Source of the DNA: a virus
Taxonomy: Duplodnaviria; Caudoviricetes
Virus record (IMG/VR): IMGVR_UViG_3300027969_000262
Location: 1 to 33,836 of that record
Length of the DNA: 33,836 bases
Reading direction: 5' to 3' (one strand)
In this document: positions 18,071-27,560 of the stretch, piece after piece
How positions within the stretch are numbered: the stretch's first letter is position 1
Layout of the letters: each line of letters begins with the position of its first letter
Position numbers and translations under genes: made by a program
The notes under the pieces: generated by a model
What the model saw: only the letters and a program-made list of their open reading frames with translations
Told to the model about the DNA's origin: nothing
Databases searched by the model: none

Positions 18071-18099
18071 ATTATGCTCTATAAATGTATGTATGTAAA
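18071..18099 (-). promoter_or_regulatory. sigma70-like promoter (TTTACA-17 nt-CATAAT) with an inverted repeat overlapping the -10
   Basis: -35 at 18094-18099 and -10 at 18071-18076; inverted repeat ATAGAGC/GCTCTAT at 18060-18082. Confidence 0.55.
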
Positions 18100-18100
18100 G

Positions 18101-18637
18101 TTATCCTACCATTGTTAATGCAACAGTTTCGACATCGGCTACACGCTTGAGCCATCCTTTACCATATGTTGGGAAGTTATCCAGTGACTTGTAAAACTCT
18201 TCTTTGTTATTACTAAACTTTTTGAGCAAGTCTAATCCGTTAGCTTCTTGGATTGCCTTTATAGTTGCTGGCCCAAATATGCCATCTGAAGTTACTCTTA
18301 GCGCTTTTTGTATCATTTTACGAGCAGCGGCTGGTCCAGCATTAATAGCAAAATCAAACACGGCATAATCCACACCATTAGGTAAATCATCACCTCGAAC
18401 GGCATCCCAGTAATTTTTCTTGTATAGTGGTTTAACATCTTCTTTCTTTAACGCCTTCATATCATCCTGAGTAACAGTGTGCCCGATATATTTTTCCCAG
18501 TTAGCTTGAGTACAACCCCACATGGTGCAACCTTCACGGCCATCAGGTAAATGATTACCTTTATCACGTTGGTCATTAGTGAATCCGCCCTCATGGGCTA
18601 CAACCATAGTAAAAGATTTATCCCAATTACTTAGCAT
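18101..18637 (-). CDS. endolysin, glycoside hydrolase family 108 with C-terminal peptidoglycan-binding (PG_binding_3) region
   Basis: HEGGF..D.G, T.WG.T, YKKNYWD, FDFAINAG, DGIFGPAT and YGKGWLKRV motifs. Confidence 0.92.
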   Translation of the reverse strand: MLSNWDKSFTMVVAHEGGFTNDQRDKGNHLPDGREGCTMWGCTQANWEKYIGHTVTQDDMKALKKEDVKPLYKKNYWDAVRGDDLPNGVDYAVFDFAINAGPAAARKMIQKALRVTSDGIFGPATIKAIQEANGLDLLKKFSNNKEEFYKSLDNFPTYGKGWLKRVADVETVALTMVG

Positions 18638-19028
18638 TTTTCTTCATCTCCATAACCTTCTCCAGTGTCCTACCACCAAAGTAAAAGCTCATAATTAACA
18701 TGCCCCATTGGCCTAGTAGCTCGACATAATTGTTGTTTACCTCAATATCCCAAGCGGACATCATGCCAAAGACTGTATAGGTGATTAGAATGAATATAAG
18801 GGTCATAGGGCGAATGTTCTTAGATAGCCAAGAGTCTGACATCATATCTGCTTGAACACGCTTAGTCAGTTCTTGCTGTTCGCTTACATCTGCTTGTAGT
18901 TGAGCCAGCTCACCGTTTTGGGCTAGTGTTGCTAATTCCAACTGTGCCTTAGCTTTAGCCTCTGGATCGGGGATTAGCTTATCAATTAACTTACCACCAA
19001 TATTAAGTATTGCATCAAGTCCTAACAT
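18627..19028 (-). CDS. holin-like protein (GTA 3TM holin family)
   Basis: LIDKLIPDPEAKAKAQLEL, D..SDSWLSKNIRP, two TM segments, FYFGGRTLEK; adjacent to the endolysin. Confidence 0.85.
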   Translation of the reverse strand: MLGLDAILNIGGKLIDKLIPDPEAKAKAQLELATLAQNGELAQLQADVSEQQELTKRVQADMMSDSWLSKNIRPMTLIFILITYTVFGMMSAWDIEVNNNYVELLGQWGMLIMSFYFGGRTLEKVMEMKKNAK

Positions 19029-19291
19029 TATTTCCTCTTTTCTCGTTCTTCAAGCAACTGCACTTTAACTTGTAGTTGATGGATGTCTTTATAGACTTCT
19101 TCTTTAAGTCTATGCCTTGCCTCTGCACTTAAAGGTGAATCAGTTGGCACATTTTCTTTGGTTATTAGGGCAGGCATCTGTCCTTCAATCTTTGTTAATC
19201 GTGTAGAAAAATCAGATACTTGACCTAGTAGCCAAGCAAGTGCCGCTACAATAATTGGTAAAACTGCTTTTAAAATGTCTTGAATATTCAT
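19028..19291 (-). CDS. single-TM membrane protein with coiled coil (lysis-cassette associated)
   Basis: N-terminal TM (AVLPIIVAALAWLLG) followed by helical heptads. Confidence 0.7.
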   Translation of the reverse strand: MNIQDILKAVLPIIVAALAWLLGQVSDFSTRLTKIEGQMPALITKENVPTDSPLSAEARHRLKEEVYKDIHQLQVKVQLLEEREKRK

Positions 19292-19434
19292 TTTTTATTA
19301 ATGATGTCAAACAACGATTTAACTTTTTCTTCCAATACGGCTATTTGATTATGCATTTTTGCCAACACAATTACTAACGTCACAAAGCCTATCAACAGAC
19401 TAGAAAGTTTAGAAATTGTGTCTAATAAGTCCAT
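19288..19434 (-). CDS. small membrane protein, 48 aa (MDLLDTISKLSSLLIGFVTLVIVLAKMHNQIAVLEEKVKSLFDIINKK); not in the ORF track
   Basis: TAGATG coupling upstream and ATGA overlap downstream; one TM plus coiled coil. Confidence 0.75.
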   Translation of the reverse strand: MDLLDTISKLSSLLIGFVTLVIVLAKMHNQIAVLEEKVKSLFDIINKK

Positions 19435-19629
19435 CTAAGATAATTTTCCTGTGCCAGCTAACCAAGTTAACACGGCTAAAGAACCTAGGCCAACAATCCA
19501 AAAGAATTTTTTGACCACCGATTCTCCAATACCAATATAAACATTCTGAATTACTTTTTCAGTAACTCTCTCTACTAGCTCTTCGATTTGAGCATCAGTC
19601 AAAGGGAGCGATCTATTTTCGTCGGCCAT
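19435..19629 (-). CDS. small membrane protein with C-terminal TM (holin/antiholin-like)
   Basis: IG.SVVKKFFWIVG..WL hydrophobic C-terminus; first gene of the lysis cluster. Confidence 0.7.
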   Translation of the reverse strand: MADENRSLPLTDAQIEELVERVTEKVIQNVYIGIGESVVKKFFWIVGLGSLAVLTWLAGTGKLS

Positions 19630-19636
19630 AATAATC

Positions 19637-20002
19637 TCATTTCAAGTTGCGTAGTTTATAAAGGGTTGATAAATACTGGCCAACAACTTCGTCTACTATA
19701 TTTTGTATCGGAGTATCGGTTTTATCAATAGCAGTATATCTAAGTTTTTCTACCATATCCATGTGATTTTTTAACATGTCAGCCGGAATTGCTTTGGGGC
19801 TTTCGTCTTTTAGTAATGGAATGTTTGCAATGATTTCGTGCCGACCTTGGTACGCTTCTGTCAACTTATCAGCAAGGTCTACAATAGCATCATAAAACTC
19901 ATTCAGTGCAACATGTTGTGCATAAGAAGTTGTCTTTAAATGTTCTCTGTGGGCCAAATCACGGCTTAGAAACAAAATTGCTATTAGTCTACCTATCATC
20001 AT
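19637..20002 (-). CDS. Dps/ferritin-like protein (DUF5856-like)
   Basis: H..HL.T.SYAQH.AL.EFYD..D.L.E.YQG ... NIVDE....STLYKL four-helix-bundle signature. Confidence 0.75.
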   Translation of the reverse strand: MMIGRLIAILFLSRDLAHREHLKTTSYAQHVALNEFYDAIVDLADKLTEAYQGRHEIIANIPLLKDESPKAIPADMLKNHMDMVEKLRYTAIDKTDTPIQNIVDEVVGQYLSTLYKLRNLK

Positions 20003-20009
20003 TTTTCCT

Positions 20010-20915
20010 TTAAGAATCTCTTTTCCACATGTAGACTACAACGTATGGCTGTAAGTTTGCGTTTGTTGCGCTTCCGCCCTCTGCCGTTATTCCATGTTGA
20101 TGATTTGCACTTGTGCCGCTTGTAGTTCCAGAAAAAGTATGGGTGTGATTTGCGTTTGGAAGACCCATAGAATCATAAAAAATATTTGGAGAACCAGCGC
20201 CTTCTTCTACACCAGCAGAGCCACTAGCACTATTATTTAATACACCAGATTGTCCTTGGCTATTATTATGAACGTGACCTTGATTTTCTACACCTGTATT
20301 ACCACTAAAATTATGCGTATGGTCTGCACTTTGCGTGCCTGTTAATCCACCGTGACTATGGCTTACTAAAGTTGCGTCAGCAGAACCGCCTGTAGAGCCA
20401 GCTGCGTATGGGCCACTAGCACCAATCATTACCCGACCAGCACCAAAAGTTGACCATGTACCAAACCCAAACACGCTTCCCGGATTAGTAGCAACTGTGG
20501 TAGTGTAAATACAACCAACAGGATAAAGAGTCTGAATAGCTGCTTGAACAAAAGCCGTAGTCGCTACGCTTGTATTGTTTGTTCCCGGAGGTTGTGTTGT
20601 TATGCTCGATGTTTGCGCAAAACTATTTAATGTTGCAGCGGTTACTCGAAGTTCAAGTAAGCTACCTACTGTATACGAACGGGCTGATGTACTTTCTTGC
20701 CCACGAACTACAGTCATTGTGTCACTGCTTCTGGCAGTAACTTTTATAATCTCGATGTTATTACTAGAATCTACTAATGTGGCAATAAAATAATCAGATC
20801 CAGCTAAAACAGGAAACTCTGCCCCTTGTCCACTGGCCACAGTAATAGAAGTAGCTGAAGAACTGATTGTACTTGCTATAGCAGCGGAAGCATTATTAGT
20901 AAAAAGAATGGCCAT
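20010..20915 (-). CDS. short tail fibre/spike with T4 gp10-C-like domain and HxH repeats
   Basis: LYPVGCIY..NP..FGFGTW..GRVMIG ... NLQPYVVVYMWKR; five HxH motifs. Confidence 0.8.
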   Translation of the reverse strand: MAILFTNNASAAIASTISSSATSITVASGQGAEFPVLAGSDYFIATLVDSSNNIEIIKVTARSSDTMTVVRGQESTSARSYTVGSLLELRVTAATLNSFAQTSSITTQPPGTNNTSVATTAFVQAAIQTLYPVGCIYTTTVATNPGSVFGFGTWSTFGAGRVMIGASGPYAAGSTGGSADATLVSHSHGGLTGTQSADHTHNFSGNTGVENQGHVHNNSQGQSGVLNNSASGSAGVEEGAGSPNIFYDSMGLPNANHTHTFSGTTSGTSANHQHGITAEGGSATNANLQPYVVVYMWKRDS

Positions 20916-20940
20916 TATTATCTCCAGTTACGGTATTTTA

Positions 20941-22353
20941 TCATGTTAAATCAATTTCGCCAAGCTCAGCATATACTTGTATATCATTGTATTCTGTGAC
21001 GTTAATAATAGAAGATTCGTCAATTCCAGCTAGTGCTTCATATACATACATATCTACATAAGATTGACGATTATCTTGAAGCATTGCCAACTCAATTAAA
21101 TCCATTATAAAAATGAATACTGGGTCAGCGGATTTAATGTTTTCTATTATAGTTTGATAAAAAACTAATCCTACAATAGGTGTATCTAGTGTGCTTAGTC
21201 TTTCTACAATAGCTTGTAAAAAAGTAGAAGTTTGCGTACTAGAATCTATAGCTATTAAGTTTTGAATAATACTACTTATAAATTGAGCAGTTATTACTGA
21301 ACTATCTTGAGCTGTTAGATTTTCAGTAATTGACTTAAGGAACGACGCATTAACAACATATGTTGGATTTTCATAAAACGCAGTAGTTCTTAAACTACCA
21401 GCAATTGGAGCACCACCGAAAGTAAATGCGCCAAAACTAGCTTCTTCTAAAACAGTGTATGGTGTTAGACCCCACGCTTCAGCAATAGAAAGATTAAGCT
21501 GCGCCAAAATAGACTGCGCATTTCCTATATTAGTATTTTCAGATAAGATTGTTGCAAATTGCGCTAAGATTGTGGGTGCGTCTACTATTGTGCTGTTTTC
21601 AATAATACTTGATAAGAACTGTGCGGTAATTGACGGGGTATCTGCAAGGTTTGAGTTCTCAGTTATAAATTGAAAAAACTGATTTATAATTGTTTGTGCG
21701 TTGTCAAGTACGGAGTTTTCAGCTTTACTTACATTAAACTGCGCTGAAAAATTTGGTGTGTCGGCTACTGTAGCCGGTTCTGTAATATTTACTAAAGTAA
21801 AAACACCGCCAACAATAACATCTGATATTTCTACGTTTTCTGTTTGAGAAGCATTAAATTGCGCCAGAATTGTCTGGGCATTGTCTGAGGTTATATTGTC
21901 AGTAAGACTGGTTAAAAATTGAGCAGAACTTGTTTGAGTTCCATCTGAGTTTATGTTTTCTGTAAAACTGGTTACATAATATACTATATTTGTTATAACA
22001 TCAGTTGCGTTTAGGTTATCGCTAAAGCTAATAAAGTACTGAGCTATTGTGTATGTATCTTGAGTTAAATTTGTACTATCTGTAAAACTGGCTAAGTAAT
22101 CAACTCTTAAAGAAAAAGGGTTACTATTAATTGTATCAGCTGCGTTTAAGTCTTCAGTGTAGATGGCTAAAAACTGCGCTTGAAAAATCTTTGAATCAGC
22201 TGAAGTTATGCTCTCTATTGTAGATAAATAAAAAGATACCGCTGCCGATAACCCATCATCAAAAAATGTGTCTTCTATTAATTCTACGTTGTGGGCTACA
22301 CCCACCCCTAATGCAGAAAATGGTAACTTAGCAAAAGGGGCGAATCCAAACAT
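20941..22353 (-). CDS. repetitive fibrous virion protein with about 20-aa period
   Basis: MFGFAPFA..PF N-terminus; repeats AQFxxSxxENxxxxDxxxIx. Confidence 0.75.
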   Translation of the reverse strand: MFGFAPFAKLPFSALGVGVAHNVELIEDTFFDDGLSAAVSFYLSTIESITSADSKIFQAQFLAIYTEDLNAADTINSNPFSLRVDYLASFTDSTNLTQDTYTIAQYFISFSDNLNATDVITNIVYYVTSFTENINSDGTQTSSAQFLTSLTDNITSDNAQTILAQFNASQTENVEISDVIVGGVFTLVNITEPATVADTPNFSAQFNVSKAENSVLDNAQTIINQFFQFITENSNLADTPSITAQFLSSIIENSTIVDAPTILAQFATILSENTNIGNAQSILAQLNLSIAEAWGLTPYTVLEEASFGAFTFGGAPIAGSLRTTAFYENPTYVVNASFLKSITENLTAQDSSVITAQFISSIIQNLIAIDSSTQTSTFLQAIVERLSTLDTPIVGLVFYQTIIENIKSADPVFIFIMDLIELAMLQDNRQSYVDMYVYEALAGIDESSIINVTEYNDIQVYAELGEIDLT

Positions 22354-22354
22354 A

Positions 22355-22573
22355 TTACTCTTTATTTTCTATAATTACCTCTAAAGACTTCTTTAACATG
22401 GTAAAAAATGCGTTCTTACCCACGCCTAACTGGTCAAGGTTAAACTGAGATGAAGCAATTTTACGGTCAAGGTCTACGCAATGTTGAAACAATACTTGCT
22501 GTTCCTCGGTTAAGTCTTCAAGGGTATACTCTACATCGTCAATAGTAATCGGGGTTGTTTTTTTCTCGCCCAT
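22355..22573 (-). CDS. small coiled-coil protein, probable tail-fibre assembly accessory
   Basis: SD AGGAG; ITIDDVEY..EDLT..DLDRKI..LDQL; downstream of the fibre gene. Confidence 0.7.
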   Translation of the reverse strand: MGEKKTTPITIDDVEYTLEDLTEEQQVLFQHCVDLDRKIASSQFNLDQLGVGKNAFFTMLKKSLEVIIENKE

Positions 22574-22607
22574 TCTATTCTCCTAGGTTGTACTACGGTT
22601 AAAAAAT

Positions 22608-22925
22608 CTATTCAGCCCAAGGTAATAGCTGTGCTTGAGGGCTTACAGGTGGTGTAATTAGGCTGTCAATCTGTCCTTGTACACAAGCCTGTGCGTTGTC
22701 TATTTGGTTCTCAGGAATCCAACCAATAACTAACGCCTCATTTAAATCTTCATAAGGCACAAATGTAGTCTGGTCTGTAGAGTCAAATGTTGTGTTACCT
22801 TGGATAGAAGCAGTATATTCTCCGTCTACTCCTGTTACTTGCCAATGTGCATTACAAACGTAATTTGGGTCAGGCTGTTGTACTGTGTACATTGCTGTGA
22901 TTTTTGTTGTAAATACTGTTGCCAT
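22608..22925 (-). CDS. tail-fibre-associated protein (FVPYEDL..VIGW...LPW type)
   Basis: Characteristic motifs; immediately after the long fibre gene. Confidence 0.7.
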   Translation of the reverse strand: MATVFTTKITAMYTVQQPDPNYVCNAHWQVTGVDGEYTASIQGNTTFDSTDQTTFVPYEDLNEALVIGWIPENQIDNAQACVQGQIDSLITPPVSPQAQLLPWAE

Positions 22926-22936
22926 TTTAATTTTCC

Positions 22937-25900
22937 TTAAAGGGTTGATATTACAAATGCTAATAGTTGGTCATAGCGGATTCCAAGGCGAGTAACTTCT
23001 ACTGCATTGGGTGTATCTTTTGTAAATGGGCTAATTGATTCTGGTGATGCTTTACCATCTACTTCATACCAAGTATCAGAACAGAACATAGCGTATTTAG
23101 ATGGGTCTAAACCTTCTGCTTCAAAAGCAGATTGAACTTCTTGAGCAATTACGCCAACGTGAATTCTTGCCCCATCACCTTTTTCCGCAACAGAATCATT
23201 AAATTTAAATGCTTTTATTAAACCTTTAATAGATTGTGCAACGGCTTTTTCCGCTGTGTTTAAATCTCTAATTTGCTGTTTTGCATTCGCATCAGAAGTG
23301 TTAATTAATGCTGTTGCGGCATAAACAACGCTCCATCTATATGGCGCAACTCCAAGCGCCATAACATTATCTGGGTAAGGATAAAAATTATTGACATCAG
23401 AATTAATAGAAGTACTATTCTGTGCTGGAACATTAGGAAATATTTTTGCTGTCCCTGCGCCATCATGTACAAATCTGTGATACCCAGAACCATCAGAAAG
23501 AACAACATAATTATTTGATGTTGTAATGTTTAAACTGTTAGCATTGCCACTATAAGAACCAATAACAGTATTTCTAAGACCTGTTGTAATTGACTGCCCA
23601 GAGTCACAACCAAAAAACGAGTTAAAACTATTTCCTGATGCTACGTTAAATAGGTTTCCTGAATTTTGACCAACAAAAGTATTTGCTCCTCCACCCACAT
23701 TTGATTGTCCAGCAATTCTTCCAATGTATACGTTAACATCACCAGTACTATTTGCCCCAGACAAATAACCAATAGACACATTGTTAGAGCCACTAACATT
23801 ATTTCCCATTGCTGCATTTCCAATGGCAACATTGTTAGAGCCAGTTGTGTTGTTAGACAAAGTTGCATAATAAGAACCGGGCACTGAAGAACCAATTGCT
23901 ACGTTGTAATTACCAGTTGATATTGAGCCTAATGCTGACAGACCCATTGCTGTGTTATTTTGACCTGAAGTTGTACCACTTCCAGCACCTGTTCCAGTAC
24001 CAAAATAAGAGTTATTAGCCCCACCAGCAATAGATAAACCCGCTTTCCAACCAACTACTGTATTACCCGACCCTGTTACTAATGCTAGGGCAGCATGACC
24101 AACAGCAGTATTCTGAGAAGCAGTAGAAATAGTTTTTAATGCACCATTACCAATGGCTACGTTTTCAGCGCCTGATGTTAAGGTTGCAAGAGGACCTTCA
24201 ATAACACCATCATGCCAAGAGCCAACTGCTATGTTATCGTTACCTGTAACTGTACTGTTACCCATTGCTTGAGAACCAACAGCGGTATTAAATGATCCGT
24301 TTGTAATTCCACTTCCAGCCGAATAACCTACCGCTGTATTTCTAGGAGAAGTTGTACTTACTAACGCTTGAAAACCAACAGCGGTATTATATGAATTAAC
24401 ACTATTGGATAGAAGTGCTTGGTATCCAACTGCCGTGTTGTAATTTGCTGTAAGGTTTAATCTCATTGCACCACTACCTACTGCGGTATTATACGAACCT
24501 TGAGTGTTTGTAAACATACAAGAGTATGTGGCTGTATCTAATCCACCAAGAGCCGTGTTAGATATACCTGAAGTATTTCCGCCAAGCGCACTTACACCTG
24601 CTGCAAGGTTATAATTACCAGTAGTTAAACTTGCTAAACTTCCTTGACCAAGAGCAGTATTATATACACCTGTTATTGCACCACCATAACCATACATAGC
24701 AGTTGTACCCACAGCGGTATTATTATTACCCCTTATGTTGTATCCTGCCTGAGAGCCAAATACTGTAACATTAGTTCCTATAATATTTGTGCTTGCCGCT
24801 TGGTATCCAACCGCTGTGTTGCTATCGGTGGTGTTATTTGCTAATGCGCTAGTGCCTACCGCAGTATTGTATGAGCCTGTAATGTTATTTCCAAGTGCGG
24901 AATCTAATACACTAGGTATTCCACCGCCTACTGCTGTGTTGTATGCGCCACTGGTGTTGTCAAATAGGGCTTGTTGCCCAACTGCTACGTTATTACTTCC
25001 TGTATTATTTGTATATAAAGATTGATAACCTACTGCTGTGTTATTAGAGGCGGCAGTGTTTGCTTGAAATGCCGATTGTCCAATTGCCGTGTTATTTGAA
25101 CCAGTTGAAATTGCTGTTACTGGACCAGCAGCATGACCAACATACGTATTATTACTTCCTGATGTAGTGTAATAACCAGAATGGAAACCAGCAAATAAAT
25201 TGTTTGTTCCACCAACATTACTAAAACCAGCACCTTTTCCTAAAAATGTATTTTCTGCTGCTGTATTGTTATATCCTGCTTGATAACCTACTGCTGTGTT
25301 ACTAGAGCCAGAACTATTTTTTGCTAAAGAAGCAGTACCAATAGCTGTATTGTAACTACCTGAATTATTTGTCCATAATGCACCGTAAGTACCAGCATCT
25401 TGTGAACCAACAGCCGTATTAAATGAACCACCACTATTCAAATACATAGCGTAATTACCTACAGCTAAATTATTAGTTCCACTTGAGTTTCCACTTAAAG
25501 CATTAGCACCTAAAACTGTATTTGTAGCAATAGCACCACCTCCACGACCAACAGTAAGACTATTTACAGAAGCGTCAGTAGCAGTAGTTAATACGCCAGC
25601 CGAGCTAATAGTCATTCCAAGCGTACCACCGTTGGTGTAAAATTTCATTGCATTATCAGCATGGTCATATCTTAATAAACCCATGTATTGCTGACTTCCT
25701 GATGTGCCATCAGCAAAAATAAGATTACCTTCACTTGTTGTGCCTGAGTAAATTGTTATTTGCTGATTACCAGTTCCACTTCCTACAACAAGTTTAGATG
25801 GAAAAATAGTAAATGAATCAGGACTACTAGTACCTATACCTACATTACCAGCATTGGTAATTCTAAACTTTTCAGATGCACTATTGGCTAAACCAAAAAG

Positions 25901-27547
25901 GTCACCCGCACCGCTTTGCAATCCATAAATCATTGCAGATGCTGAGTTATCCGCTACATAAAGTTTGTTTGTTGGATTACTAACTCCTATACCTACATTA
26001 CCACTAGCGCCTACTGCTAATTTTACGCTTGCTGTACTTCCACCATATATGTAAAAACTATTTGGTGCTACAGATGCACTTCCACCAAAACCTATGTCGT
26101 ATCCGTAACCTGTGGTTGTGTTTGAAAAAGAAATACTCGAATATACATTTGTACCAACGGATGTAATTGTTTGTCCAGTACTTCCTGATGATGACAAGGC
26201 TAATGTACTTCCAGCAAAAGTAAAATTAGCACTATCACTTAATAATCCACTAGCACCTGCAAATGTTACTCGACCACTTGTTAATCCTGAGTCTGTTATG
26301 CTTGTTGCTGAAATTGATGTAAACGTTCCGCCACTTGTGCCTTTATTTGCTAATACTTGAACTACTCCAGCTGTGTCTTTATAAAAGAGTTTTCCGTCTG
26401 TTGTGTTTAGTGCAAGTTCTCCTGCTATTAAATTAGCTGGGTCTGGTACTCCGCTTGCAGTTACAGAATAAAGATGGCTAATAGGTGTTAATGTTGTTAC
26501 ATTTCCAGTGCCCGGTTCTGCAAAAGTTCCTCCAAAAATACCTGTTGTTACTCTCAACACACCATATATAGTAGTATTGCCAGAGCCTATGCTGCTAGAA
26601 CTAAGAAAAGGAAAACCAGTACCATCACTTAATACAATTGCCCCTGTAGCTTGGCGAACATCTACATAACGGTATCCATCTGCTGAAAGCCCATAACCTG
26701 AAAATGGTCCAATAACTACAAGATTTTTACCCGTGGTTATTGCACTACCTGATTGCCACCCAATGGCTAAGTTGTTACTTACAACAGTATCTGAATTATT
26801 AGAAAGTCGTAACGCTCCATTGCCAATGGCTATATTTCTTTGGTGTCCGACACTAGTATATAATGCTTCATACCCAATGGCTATATTATCAGAGCCATTA
26901 ACATTATTCCTAGAAGCTTCATACCCAATGGCTATATTGTTGCCGCCTGAAAGATTAAAACGTAAATTATATGCACCAATTGCAATATTACTTGAACCAC
27001 TAGTATTTGCATTTAAGTTACCGAGTCCAATAGCCACGTTAGCAGCACCAGTATTTGCACCCGATAATGCTAGATAACCTATTGCAGTATTAGTAGCAAC
27101 ACTACCACCACCAAGGCCAACAGTCATACCAGAAACATTTAAATCAGTACCGTTAAAAGTTAGGTTAGCTGAATCTGTTAAAGCCCCGCCTGTAGTTGCG
27201 TAAGTAACCCTGCCTGAAGTTAATGTGCCTGAACTTAAATTAACAGCTCGTGAACTAGGATAAGTTAAAAATACGTTTTGTACACCAGAACTAAAGTTAG
27301 TTAAAGCGCCAGCACTAGATGAAGAAAGTACCGTTGTACGAGCTAGGGTTCCAGCTGATGATGAGTAAGTACCAATACCTACTTCCCAACTAGCCCCACT
27401 TTGGTCAGCTATGGTGTAGTAACAAGTATTGCCGTCACCTATCGTACTAAACGACTGATAACCTGTAACCGCACCTAATAGCGTAACCGTGCCCGTGCCG
27501 GGAGAATTACAGGTCTCTAAAACTCTGTCTTTCAAAACTAATGCCAT
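22937..27547 (-). CDS. long tail fibre with ~17-aa NTAVG beta-solenoid repeats and C-terminal peptidase S74 chaperone
   Basis: Dozens of N[TVI]A[VI]G repeats; TSDANAKQQI..HVGVIAQEV..GIRYDQL S74 motifs. Confidence 0.9.
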   Translation of the reverse strand: MALVLKDRVLETCNSPGTGTVTLLGAVTGYQSFSTIGDGNTCYYTIADQSGASWEVGIGTYSSSAGTLARTTVLSSSSAGALTNFSSGVQNVFLTYPSSRAVNLSSGTLTSGRVTYATTGGALTDSANLTFNGTDLNVSGMTVGLGGGSVATNTAIGYLALSGANTGAANVAIGLGNLNANTSGSSNIAIGAYNLRFNLSGGNNIAIGYEASRNNVNGSDNIAIGYEALYTSVGHQRNIAIGNGALRLSNNSDTVVSNNLAIGWQSGSAITTGKNLVVIGPFSGYGLSADGYRYVDVRQATGAIVLSDGTGFPFLSSSSIGSGNTTIYGVLRVTTGIFGGTFAEPGTGNVTTLTPISHLYSVTASGVPDPANLIAGELALNTTDGKLFYKDTAGVVQVLANKGTSGGTFTSISATSITDSGLTSGRVTFAGASGLLSDSANFTFAGSTLALSSSGSTGQTITSVGTNVYSSISFSNTTTGYGYDIGFGGSASVAPNSFYIYGGSTASVKLAVGASGNVGIGVSNPTNKLYVADNSASAMIYGLQSGAGDLFGLANSASEKFRITNAGNVGIGTSSPDSFTIFPSKLVVGSGTGNQQITIYSGTTSEGNLIFADGTSGSQQYMGLLRYDHADNAMKFYTNGGTLGMTISSAGVLTTATDASVNSLTVGRGGGAIATNTVLGANALSGNSSGTNNLAVGNYAMYLNSGGSFNTAVGSQDAGTYGALWTNNSGSYNTAIGTASLAKNSSGSSNTAVGYQAGYNNTAAENTFLGKGAGFSNVGGTNNLFAGFHSGYYTTSGSNNTYVGHAAGPVTAISTGSNNTAIGQSAFQANTAASNNTAVGYQSLYTNNTGSNNVAVGQQALFDNTSGAYNTAVGGGIPSVLDSALGNNITGSYNTAVGTSALANNTTDSNTAVGYQAASTNIIGTNVTVFGSQAGYNIRGNNNTAVGTTAMYGYGGAITGVYNTALGQGSLASLTTGNYNLAAGVSALGGNTSGISNTALGGLDTATYSCMFTNTQGSYNTAVGSGAMRLNLTANYNTAVGYQALLSNSVNSYNTAVGFQALVSTTSPRNTAVGYSAGSGITNGSFNTAVGSQAMGNSTVTGNDNIAVGSWHDGVIEGPLATLTSGAENVAIGNGALKTISTASQNTAVGHAALALVTGSGNTVVGWKAGLSIAGGANNSYFGTGTGAGSGTTSGQNNTAMGLSALGSISTGNYNVAIGSSVPGSYYATLSNNTTGSNNVAIGNAAMGNNVSGSNNVSIGYLSGANSTGDVNVYIGRIAGQSNVGGGANTFVGQNSGNLFNVASGNSFNSFFGCDSGQSITTGLRNTVIGSYSGNANSLNITTSNNYVVLSDGSGYHRFVHDGAGTAKIFPNVPAQNSTSINSDVNNFYPYPDNVMALGVAPYRWSVVYAATALINTSDANAKQQIRDLNTAEKAVAQSIKGLIKAFKFNDSVAEKGDGARIHVGVIAQEVQSAFEAEGLDPSKYAMFCSDTWYEVDGKASPESISPFTKDTPNAVEVTRLGIRYDQLLAFVISTL

Positions 27548-27560
27548 AATTGGCTCCTAA

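Noticed and set aside
20925-22602. Recurring ACCGTA(GTA) motif upstream of some RBSs
   Set aside because: Only 2-3 short matches; cannot be distinguished from chance without homologues.
22937-27547. Possible DGR target or CRISPR-like repeats in the tail fibre
   Set aside because: No reverse transcriptase or adenine-specific TR/VR pair in the window; the repeats are coding solenoid units.
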